Positions 15,001 to 27,000 of a stretch of 64,000 bases of DNA are shown here, one piece after another. Source of the DNA: Candidatus Omnitrophota bacterium (GTDB taxonomy: Bacteria > Omnitrophota > Gorgyraeia > Gygaellales > Profunditerraquicolaceae); contig JAQUOV010000003.1 of the NCBI GenBank assembly GCA_028716965.1, positions 140,756 through 204,755 on the forward strand, read 5' to 3'. The translations under genes and the position numbers were made by a program. The notes under the pieces are model-generated. The model was not told the origin of the DNA and did no database searches. It worked only from the letters and a program-made list of their open reading frames with translations. How positions within the stretch are numbered: the first letter of the stretch is position 1; every line of letters begins with the position of its first letter.

Positions 15001-18000
15001 TGATTTGAGCTATAAACTCTTGCCTGCGCTTTTCCGCATCCTTCTCTTGGGCCTTCATCTTTCTGTCAGGGTTTATCCGTGCCTTTTTATCTTGAACAGG
15101 ACTGGAGACCTTACCTGCTTTCCTGCCTTCAGCGCTGATCTCTACTATATCAACCGGATTCTCAATAACCGCAGCTACGCCCCTGCCTCTTCCTGCTTGA
15201 GATTTCTCAGAATACCAGTTAAACCTCCGATTATTTTGCCACGCTACTCCAGATACAGGCTTTATCCGCTGGATGGGGCTGGAAGGCCTATGGCCATGAT
15301 AATTTATTGCCCTGTCAGTATTGTCAAAACTCCCTTTTGTCCCACTATTCTTATTTTGACTGTAAATACCAAGCTTATACGCCAATATGCCTCCAACAGC
15401 ATAGGCTAAAATATCGTATATATCAGTATTCACGCCATATATCTCAATGATTGTCAATATGGTAAACCCGGCAAGAGTCGCCCAGCGAGTAGCTTTTTTG
15501 TTCATAAATATTAAGTCAGCGGTGCCGTTAAAATCACACGGAAGGGCTCTTAAAATATCAGACACCCTTCCTGTGCCGGAAATCGTATTTGCAAATCCCT
15601 TCAATAATCTCAAGAAGAACAGGGTCATAAAAACAAGCAAGGGGACAGATAAGAAATCATTAATATGGTTGGTCAATACCCAGCCCCATGAGGAATGCTT
15701 TAAAGGTACGTAGAAAATCTTTGCGATCAGGAATGTTACGGCGGTAAATATCGAAGTGAAAGCTGCCGGTTTAAGATACCTGGAAACATTGCTAATGGAT
15801 TTATTCTTCAATCCTTCGTGAAGTTTAACCAGATAAAAAACAGACATTGAGAAGATTGCCGCAAACTCCAGTCCAAGCAAACCGGTCTTTGCTCCAAATA
15901 TGCCGCCTATAAGGGTCGTCCAGCCGGCGAAGTTGGCCAGGTCTAATCTCTTCCTCTCGGGGAAACCATGGCTTTGGTCAAATTTATCCAATAAGAAGTA
16001 CATCAACGGGTATAATACCCACGCCCACATAGCAATACTCAATGGCATAATGAATAACATCAATGTACGCATTATGCCATTAACCACCAAGCTTTGTGCC
16101 AAAGGCTCAACGTTGGCCGCCCAATAGGTAAATCCAAAACCTAATAATACTCCGGACAATAGGAAGAGGCGGATAGAGGTTTTCTGTAGCAGCTTTGCTC
16201 CTCCCAAAACCATAGCAATTGTAAACCTGCTTAAGAAAGACCTCTCTTTTGTTAAAGCCGAGGAGGCCTCAGATGAAACATTATTGAGGCCTCTGGCTTG
16301 TTCCGTTAATCCTGTAGACGGGAATGTTATTGCTGCGTGCAGCAGCAATGCAGCCAATGACAGCGCTGGTATTAGCGCCAGAGAGCTCTTCCCAGGAATC
16401 AGCGCGGCCATTGCGAGTATAGACATGGCCGTTAGCTTCATTAATAAGGAAGAGCCTGATATGCCCATCGCCATATTTTGCGGCTGCAAAAACCGTGTTG
16501 TCCTTCTTAAACTCGACGATGTGGTCAAACACCAATTCGTTAAATCTGATAGGGGACATGATGCACCTCCTTTTTCTTGTTGTATCGGGGGCAACAGGGG
16601 GATCATCGCCTGGAGGGGGCGCCCTGCGTCCCCCGATGACAACAAAACCACTATCTCACACCTGCCACGGTAGATGAGATTAGTGGTTGGTTTAAAATTT
16701 AAAATGTTTTCCGGAATGATTACGATATTTCTTGCCTGGGATTGTTTCTCTAAGGAAGGGACAAGAATACTTACGCCATCTTCATTAGGCGCATTAGCCT
16801 GCATAATGTTGCGCAGGATCAATAAGCTAAAGCTTATGATGAAACCTAAGGATATTAACCTTATCAGCTCATTACCATAAACATTGGCAACTAAACCCGT
16901 GGCAATAGATAAGAAGCCAGTGTTAATAAACTGATTTATTATGAACCCATAATCATTGCTTGTATGCCGCTCTGTCTGATCTCCTCTAGTCTTCTTAAAA
17001 GGTACTGAGTCTCTAAAGCCTTTAATTCCTCTATGAATTCCAGTATCTTCAATGTTTTGCTCTCTGTTAGGTTTACCATTTTCTCCTCCATTTTTAATTA
17101 CTTCTTCGTTCAAGGTTGATCCGAACCCGTTGTTGAAACTAATAGGAGGAGCCTGTGAATTAACTTCGCCGATAATTCTTTCTTCCGGATGGACTTTAAT
17201 TTGCTCACGCGCCCTGGAATAAATATGATATTTGTCAAGGAATCTTATTAACGCGTTTAAGAATGAAGCGGCCGGCTTGTTAACAGGAGAACTGGTGGCT
17301 ATTACAATTCCTACCGGCATGCTGCTTGCTGATGCAGGCACTTCACTAATTGGAGAGGAAGGAGCTGTTTGGGGATTTACTTGGTCCCTGATGTCTTCCG
17401 GAACCTGGTTAATGTATTCCGGAATCGCATGGAGAACATCTTTGAATATATTAATCGCTCCTTCTTTATCACCTTTATTATATTTAATCATGCCAATCCC
17501 AAACTTATCTTCATTAAACTGAGTAAGCTTGCTATTCCTCTCTTCGAACATTAAGCTTTCATATACTTCCCATACCTTAATGGCCTTATTATCTTTCCCC
17601 TGTTTAACATAAACTTTATAAAGGATAAGGTATGCCTCAGCGTAATCAGAACTTAGATTAGTGGCTTCTCTTACGGCCTTGACTGCCTCATCATATTCCC
17701 CTGATTCTAAGTGTTTTTTGGCTATCACAACATAATCCTCTGCCGTAAGTTGTTTCTCCGCCCCTGCTTCAGCCTCAACTGGCGCCTGCGGCACAACAGG
17801 CTGCTCTTCTAATTTTACAATAAAGTCATTCTGTCCTGCAATGGCAGATAAAGGATAAAAAACTTCATTGCCATTCACATTCAGAACTACTGAAAGGACA
17901 ACCTCGCTATCATTGTACACGCAATCTTCCACATCCAACACCACGCCTGTTACTGTTTCCTTACCAAGTATAAATCTTACTTCCTTCCCTCTAAGCTGCG

Positions 18001-21000
18001 TAAACTCTAAGTAGAATACCCTTTCCTTAATTGCCCCTCTTGCTGCCTTGGGAGCGCATTCCATAGCATCCTCAAAATTAACGCTAGCCTCTTCGTATTC
18101 ACCAAGAGCCCACAAAGCTTCTCCGTTTTCACGGAATATATGATAGGTATCCTTCTTAAAAAAGTTCAATTTCCTTATATACCTACTAAGCCTTATCGCT
18201 GCATAGAATGCTCCGGTTGCTTCCTTATAATTGCCATTACGCAGATATGCTGTTCCTAAGCGATATAAAGCTAACCTGCTATTGGGGTTCAATACAGTTA
18301 TCTTGCTATAAAGGGCTATGGCCTGCTCAACTTTTGTCTTCCTCTCCTCGTCGTTATCCGCCTTCTGCTCTTCTTCTTCGGTTTTACCCGCTATCCTCCA
18401 AGCTGCACCTTCCAAAGCCTTCCTTACTTTATCGAAAGCTCTTCTATCTAAATAACCGCCTAAGGAGAACGCGTTCAAAAATGTATATGGCCTGAGTTCT
18501 TTCCTTAGCGCTTCTATATCTGCTTCCGCTGCTCTCAACTCATCTAATGTCTTCGCCTCTTTTAAGCTGTTGATAACCCCATAGGCTTTTTGCCTGAAAG
18601 TTAGCGGTTTAGGCACCTCTGGAGATTTTTCCTCTGCCGCTTCTTCTGCAGGAGCCTTCAAATCGCCTTTATCCTCCTCTGTTTCTGCCTTTGTTTTCCT
18701 TGCTTTAATAATCCTGATTACTCCAAGAATACCTAACCCAATAACCGCCCCTGTAATTACAATAAGGCTGATTGTGACGGCTGTCTCGGAGAATCCGGTT
18801 AACTGGCTTATATAACGAATATTCTTAGTGGCCCAGGATACCTTCTGACCATCAGGAGATTTTACCTGTTCAGATTGCTTGATTTCCTTTTTGCTATCGG
18901 TTGGTTTCTTGGGTTGCTCTGCTTCTTTCTTCTCTATTTTAGGTACGGGTTTTTGCTCAACCGGCTTAGTTTTTTCTTCTGGCGCAGTCAGTTTTTGCTT
19001 ACCTGCATAAATCTTCTGTTGAGGATATATGAGGTCGGGATCCTTTATATTATTATCACTGGCCAGCTTTCCTACGCCTTCGGGATATAGGGCTTTGTAG
19101 TCGTATATGCCTAATGCCTTGGCATCAACTGCAATGCCGCTAAGCGTATTCTCGGCAGGCCTATCCGACCTCCAGTTCTTCGTGGCCACTACATAGTGCC
19201 CCTCTTCATTATGGAATTTATGCCCATATTTCGGCCCGACAAGGGAATCTTTATTTAACGGCCCTTGCTTTGCTGCTTCTTTGGCTGAATCTTTAGCAGG
19301 AAACTTTGCTTTTATTTCTTTAGGTGCGGGTAACTCTTTGGGTTGCTGCTTAAAGGCTGATTTATTGCTATCTGCATTCTTATCAGTTGCCGGATTTGGT
19401 TTAGTCTTATTACCGGCAGGCATGCCGACAGCTTTATATTTCTTGCCATCTGCTTTAAAATCCCAATGCAGCGCTTCAGGAGAAGGACGGCTATCACGAG
19501 CTTCTTTGCTTATCTTATCTAATTTACCTGTGGTATCTTGTTTAAAACTGGATTCTCCTACGTTCATCCCCCCATCTACCGCTGCTATTGCGGGGTTTAC
19601 GCCATAAGCAATAGCCGCTACTGAAACCCCTATTAATGCCGTAAGCACGGGATGGCGCCTAAACCAGCCAAATATACCTGAACCTTCACTTATTTCAATC
19701 TCTGAATTTACTCTATCTAAATATAACTCAGGGAATGCTTTTTCGTGGGCGTCTTCAAAACCTGTGGCTTCAACCGCTATTTCTTTTCCAGAAGGATCCT
19801 CAAGAATCCAAGTTTCGGTAGCTTTTGAATACTCTATGCTGCTTTCAGGCGGACCACGGCGATAATGTGCTTCCGTGTTTTGAATACCAAAATTAATCTC
19901 TCTACCCGCATCAATGGATACTGCTCTATCGGAATTCAATCCTGTGTTATTATATATAACTCCCAGAGGGCTTGACCCTCCGCAATTGCCGCCGTCTCCG
20001 GCGCCTGTTGCCCCGGTTGCGCCGCCGCCCTGTGAACCGCCGCCGGTTGAACCTGCGCCTGCTCCACCTTGCGCGCCACCGGTTGATCCGCCGCCTTGGG
20101 CCCCACCGCCAAGCTGACCAACCTCCATTCCCTCCATCTCTTCTTCACTTAGCTCAACTTCTGTATCAAAATACTTGTCCTTAATCACTTTTTCTGTAAC
20201 TATAGTTACTCTCCCCGATGCGTCAGTTATCTCTGAAATATGAACCTTAAGTAATCTCCTTTCACCATTATCGTTATCAGAATAGCCATACACATAATCT
20301 CCCTCAATTCTTTCAAATCTAAAGAGATGCCAAATCCCTCCTTTAGTTTTATATACGATAAATACCTTGTTAGAGATCAACTCGGCACGGTCCCTTAATG
20401 TGTCCGCGCTAATCCTGAATGCAGTCAAAATGACCCCTGTTACCTCTTTGACCACTTTTATAAAGTCGCTTAACCTCACCAGATAAGAACCGCTAAACTT
20501 TTTAAGCCATATTCTGAAATGATCGTTTACTTTTTCTTTTTGACCCTCATCTTCTAAAATAGTACCCACTGCACAGTTACCTATAGCCTTAAATTCACGA
20601 ACCAATTGCTTCATTGCTTCAATGCGATACGCCTCTCTCTCGGTATAGCTAATTGAATCCCAGTCCTCTCCGGCATCCCGGGACAACTGCCTACCTCTTT
20701 CTTCAATCATCTCCTTTGTAATATAATCGCCGCCTCTGGTAACAAACCATTGTAAGTGTTCAACTTTCCTGGCTTCTTGTCCTAACCTTGTCTTTAGTTC
20801 TCCTACTTCTCCTTTTAGTTCTCCTACTTCTCCTTTTAGTTCTCCTACTTCTCCTTTTAGTTCTCCTACTTCTCCTTTTAGTTCTCCTACTTCTCCTTTT
20901 AGTTCTCCTAATGTTTCACCTTGTTCTTCTATGGCTTCACCTTGCTCTTTTATGGCTTCTTTTATTTCTCCTATTGCCTGGCGTTGCGCCTCTACCTCTT

Positions 21001-24000
21001 CAACCAATTTTGTCATTGCTTCCTTTACGCCTTCTAACTCACCCCTTCTAATACTATCTATTAAGCTTTCTACTAATTTTCTCCTTTCACTCTCTTCTTC
21101 CTTTATTTCTTTAAAGGCGCTCTTCAGCTCCGACTGCACTTTTAAAAACAAGGTCAAAGCATCCAGCCCTCTCTTAATCTTATCTTCTATAATATCGTCA
21201 CTCATTGCCTCTAAGAATCCGTTAATCATATTATCTGCGGCAAATTCTTTCAGGAAATTCTCACTAAGAGCAATATTGTCTCTGCTTGTATCTAATTCTC
21301 TAAGGCCTCTCGTTGTTATCCCCAAAAGTACAAAAGCCCTCGCGGCAAAACCATCGGCATGTATCCAGGCATCATCTTCCAAGAATTCGCTTTCTTTCAA
21401 TAATCTATATGCTCCTTTATGATATTCCTTCAGCTCAAAGTCAGACTTTTCCCTCTTACGGTATAATTGCTGAGCTACTAAGCGCCACAAATTATTCCAT
21501 ATTCTTGGTAAATCATCTGCAGAAATTGGTGAGGATGAATTGACGGGGATCCCAGACACAAAACGTCCGCCATCTGTTTTTTCAAGCGGTTTTAAGGCAA
21601 CACTCATAGAACCACTGGTTTCTGTAGTTTCTTGACCAACAGCAGTCTCAATAGCCCTTATGGTCGCTACTACATCACCTAAATCTCTTCCGGCTTCTTC
21701 AAGCCTTGTACCTATATTACTGGACGCACCTGCTGCACCCTGCCCTTCTTCTCCATTTCTGGAGGTTGCACTCTGGGCACCTGCATTTAATACATTTCTT
21801 GATTCTATTACTACTAATGAACCTAATTTGCCTCTCGTATTTAGAGCATCAAACTCTGAGAGAGAGCTCGATGTGTAAGCAGTAGGCGGGCCGTGGGCAG
21901 AAATTGGACCAGCCACTATAGGAATTTGTGACGTTATATCACCTAATTTGATCTCTCTTGAACCAAGTACTGGCATAATTGCCAAATTTCCATGTATAAC
22001 TGCCTGTTGTATTCCTAAATTGCCAACTATAGAGCCAACAATAATCGGGTTAACCCCGCTTATAGGCGTTACAGGCGGAGCCATAGGCCCAGGCACGGGC
22101 AGGCTTTCGGTATCATTAACCGGTGAGCTAGACTGGACAGGCCCTATATTCTTCTCCCATAGGCCTTTCAGGAATTTACCAAATTCACTCTTCTCAATTT
22201 GTCTTAGGGAAACATTATCACTCCAAATGATCTTTGCCGTTGCCGGCCAATCATTTCCCTGCGACTTCAAGTATCTAAGCTGATCAGTATACGCTTCCTT
22301 TTCCAAAGGATCCGCAAAATAGCCTTGTAGATTATCCGGAGAAAGGGTTGAAACAATGAACCTGCCCTCTTTCCATTGTTTATAATGCCTTAAAACATGC
22401 ACAATAAACGAGCGATTAGAAGCATTATCCATGCGAAGCATATCTTCAGTGAACAATATGGCATAGCCTGTGCCTCCGAAGATCTTTTTCAGTATCTTCG
22501 CGGTCCAATCAGTAAGATATGCGCTGTCTAATCCGTTCTTCGCCGCCTCTTTCCCTATTATATTGGTATTATGGCTTTGTTTAGGAGGGACAGCGAATGA
22601 CTCAACAAGCTCAAAATCGCCCTCTCCCTTTCCAAGTAAATAAGCCCCTAAACCTTGCATCAACTCCAGCGGGAGCACTGCGATATTTACTTTATTTAAT
22701 TCTGAAACGGTAATACCCAGGTTGGTTTCAATGAATTTAACGAGAGCGGGATCATTACGCAGCTTTTCCTGTAAATTTACTTCTTTTATTTGAGTAAGCA
22801 GTTCATTAAGCGCCTTTTTCAAAGCAGCGCTTTCCGAAGAAGAAACTCCTGCTAAAATAGTATTCGGGAATAAAGCAATCCCCAGTGCAAAGAGGCCTAT
22901 TGTCTTAAGGAACTCTCTGCGAGGTAATTTGCGTTTGAGCGCGTCTATTATCTTATTCAGCGCCAGAACGCTTTGCGGAGGGCTTCTTTCGGCCTGCTCT
23001 CTGAGCATAGGCGAACTTACCGGCTTTGCCTCCTGCGGCTTAATCTTTTCCGGCTGCCTCATAGATTTAGGCAATTCAGTTTTTCCACCAACCCCATTAC
23101 CATACCCTGCGTCCTTACCTATATAAGCGCCACCCTGACCTTGGCCAATGCCTCCTTTGCCACTAATTAAATTAGGATTCAAATACAGCCTCTGGAGGTC
23201 CCTAATCTCACCCATAGTTGAAACTACCACATCGGTTCGGCCGGAATCTTTAATAATCTTGGCCACAGTATCCAAATATCCCTCTGTCGTTGCGACAATC
23301 ATCGGAGATATCTTTTCAACACCTACTTCACCGCGTATATCGCCCTTAATATATCTTTCTTGCTTAGGAATACTGCCTTCTCCTAAAATGACAATAGGTA
23401 TTTGTGCACGCTTCTCAATCTTAGCAAGCTCAACCCTGCCTTCTTCGGTTAACTGCAATTGATTAAATCTCTCTTTTAACTGCGTAAGATTCTTCAGGCG
23501 GCCCTCAATTGCTCTTATCGTTTGAGCCAATATTGATGTTTCTGTATAATCTTCTGCTTTAAGCCTCTTCAAAGCATCTTGCATTTTATGCATTGTTCCA
23601 TCTATATTAGAAGGAGTTATAGCATTCCCAACAGATTTATCCGCATAGTTGATGGCATTGCCGACGTATCCTTCATTCTCGCCTGTCAGGTAATTTAACC
23701 CAAAGCGGTTTAATCCTATTGAAGAAATAAGATCTTGGTTAAGCCCTGTTTCGCCTCCATTTTCGCCACTCAAAGGAATAATGCCTAATTCCGCAAGTGC
23801 CTTTCCAGGTAATACTCCAACATTTAAGATACTCTCCAGGCCTGCTCCATTAGTCCCATGGGCAACATAAGTTACGTTTTTATCTTCAGCCATAGAAGCT
23901 GCTGTTCTTTGAAGATCCAACTTCTGAATATTAGACGAGCTTACCTTTTTTATTTCTGTGCCCGGGATTAATGCCTTAATCGCATTCGCCACCACTTCAA

Positions 24001-27000
24001 GCTGTTTCTGTTCGTTAAATTGTGCCATCGCCGAACTGGCGGACGCTGGGCTACTACCTGTAAGCTTTTTGGCTAATTCACCAATCAACTCATTTGCTGC
24101 TACATTTTGACCTTTACCTATATATTCAGCTACCCTATTAATAACTCTGGGATTAATCGCTAAGTCGCCATTATTTCTTGCTATATCTTCAACAGCTTTA
24201 GTTAAAATTATCTGGCCTACGTCTTTAAAAGCTTCCTGAGGCAATCTTTCTAATAAACCTTGCAATTGATCAAGCTCTTCTTGACTGTTAGCTTGTTGCA
24301 CTGCGATCTTAAACCCATTTACTCGCACCATTGTAGGTGGCAACGGATATTCTTGTTCTTGAGGCTGAAGGCGTTCGTGTACTATATTTATTGCTGACTG
24401 TATCTCTGGCTTCTTTTCATCCGGCGCATATTCAAGCGACTTCTCAAGGGCGGCTAAAGCAGAAATGTGGTCTCCTGCATCATAATAACCACAACCAAGA
24501 TTGTAATATGTAATATATGTAGACCTCCCTATACGATTGGCTTCTTCTATTACCCCTATCGCCTTTCTATATGCTTGTATACTTCCTTCTTCATCCCCAT
24601 CCTGCAGTCTTGCAAAACCGAGTTGGTGCCAAGCTAACTCGTTCTCTGGCTGCAGATTTACGACATTCAAATAAATATTCCTGGCAGCTTTATAATCTTT
24701 CTTGGTTATTGCAGCCTTACCTTTGGAAATAAGCTTCTCAACTTGCCTTTGCTGCAGGCTCATTGTTACTTTATCGCGAAGACGCCCTAAAAAGCCTTTA
24801 TTGGCTTTTTCTTTTAACATTCCTTGAGCTATTTCGACTACCGCTTCCTCTTCAGAGCTAGCTTGCGGCCTCTCCACTCCTATTGCCACTTCTGCTTCAG
24901 GACCGGCTTGAGGCTTATCCGCTTCTATTACCACTTCAGCTTCAGGGCCGGCTTGCAGCTGGATATCTTCGTTCACGGTTGGCTGACCTGCCGCTGCTAA
25001 ATACACATTCTGTAACTGCTCGGGATCGATATCTTCTGCTAGCGTTCTAAAATCAAGAAAGCTCTTGCGCGCGAACGGAGTCATAGAACCAAGATTGTCT
25101 TTTGCCACAACTGAATCTATTACGTCTTCGTTATCGGCATTACCGATTTTTAAACGCTCTATGCCTGCGAGATAACCAAAATAATCGCAGAAGGTATGTG
25201 TAATTTCGTGGAAAAGCGTAGTCCCCTTTACGTCTTCTCTCCACTGATGCGGTTCCAGCAGCACACCGTTAGTAGCCGGGTCAAAGAACAGCTTCAGATT
25301 CATCCTTATCAACCAGTTAGGTTTAACATCGCCTCTTCCAAAATCATCGCTCCTGCCGTTAATTTCCACTTTTTCCTGGTCTTCATAAGGAAGCACTTCT
25401 ATCTTTACCCTATCTGCCATCTTCGGGTCCAAGGTGCTATAGAAATCTCTCAAGGTAACGGAGTCTTTATCCTTTAAAACTTCCAATCTCGCGACAGCTT
25501 CCCAGCTTCTCGCCAACTGTTCTTGCTTTGCCTTGCGGTCATCGGCTTTCCTCATTCCCTTGGCTATCTGCTCTTCTTCCTTTAAGATTTCTTTAAGTCT
25601 TATTATCAAAACAGGAACAATCTTTTTGACATAATTACCGCCTATCGAGCCGAAATATATCTCTTTTTCCAGTTTATTTTTTAACTCTCCTGACGCATTA
25701 AAAAGCTCTTGCGGATAATCAATCAATCCCTGCATATACCTCTGCATCATCTCCGCCCTAAAATGCGGCGCATACCAATCATCCATTTTACCCTGGAGGC
25801 CGACATGATAATTTAACCATTCATATGTCTTTAGCGTCCTTATAGCCACCTGATGCTTTTCTCTTAAAGACGGGTCGGCTTCTAAAATATTCCTTAATGC
25901 CTGCATCGACAGGCCAAAATCGAAGTTCTCTTCATTGTAATCCACTCCTAAGATGTCAAACAGCCCTGTCAAATTGCCCTTAGATTTGTTGACCAGCCCG
26001 GCCATTACCTTGTAGCTTCTGAAATACCTATCTCTTAGCGTATTTGCCAGGATGTACCTTTCTACCCCTTTGTAACCGCTGATATCGGCAACGTTATTCA
26101 GGAAAACCCCATACCTTTCCTGGTTTTTCTCCAATTCCTTATCGCTTTCCAAAGCTGCCTGCGCATCCGCCAGATATTTTTTGATGGACTTCGCCTTTTC
26201 CTTATCCAAACCCGCCAAGAAACGGTATCTAAGCTTTAATTGATCAGCTTCTTCTTCAACATTGGTCTGGAGGTATTTCGTCAAAATAATCTCCAGTTCT
26301 GTTGAGGATAACGCCTTCAGGCTGGACTGGCTAAACGATGAATAATATATAGGTAAGATTACCTCTTTTTCAAAGTTTGTCTGGTCGCGGCTATCTTTAA
26401 GCGTGACCTCTTCAAAATAATCTCTGATCTTGCGGTCTTCGCGCAGGACTTTCGAAAATAATAATCCGTAAGCGGCGGAATAATAAGGTAAAGCGAAATG
26501 CGCTTCCTCTTCGGCAATGTTAAATTTACCGAAAGCTTCCAATGACTGCGACAGGAGGCTGCGTATATTACGGCTGGTGGAAAGCTTGTATTTATCGAGT
26601 TCCAGGGAATTCTTATTGTTAATCAAATCCGTAATCATGGCGGAGAAATTATTCACAGCATGGGTGATCTGCGCTGCCCGGCTTTCCGGCAATAGATTTT
26701 CTTTGGTAATGACCGATTTAAAGGTATCAATGGCATACACATATTTTTCGGGGCTGCTTAGGTAATCCAGGACATATTCCGGTTGAGATAAGAATATGCT
26801 GACTACACCCTGGCCTCCTCTAGGGTCATTCATAGCCTGGTTCAAGGCGCTTTGCGCTTCTGGAGAAAGCGTATTATAGACGCCTACGGCATTTTCTATT
26901 GTAGAAAAATTATAATTGGGGTTGATTAATGAAACCAGGGCGTCCGCAACAGTATATCTGCTGACTGGAGCGCCATCAAGGAAAGGAATGCTGAGGAATG

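Noticed and set aside
16281-16559. 92-aa minus-strand ORF with perfect AAGGAGG-7-ATG, as a separate gene splitting the giant ORF
   Set aside because: The giant frame stays open and encodes TM-like helices through this segment; GC-rich Ala/Leu codons keep other frames open by chance. Kept as a low-interest finding because a real frameshift cannot be excluded without reads.
19914-20184. Pro-rich and Arg-rich ORFs on both strands
   Set aside because: Alternate-frame readings of the GC-rich Gly-run linker of the giant protein.
20788-21051. Poly-Leu ORF MSLVLLLLLLVLLLL...
   Set aside because: It is the antisense reading of the 21-bp GEVGELK tandem repeat, not a gene.
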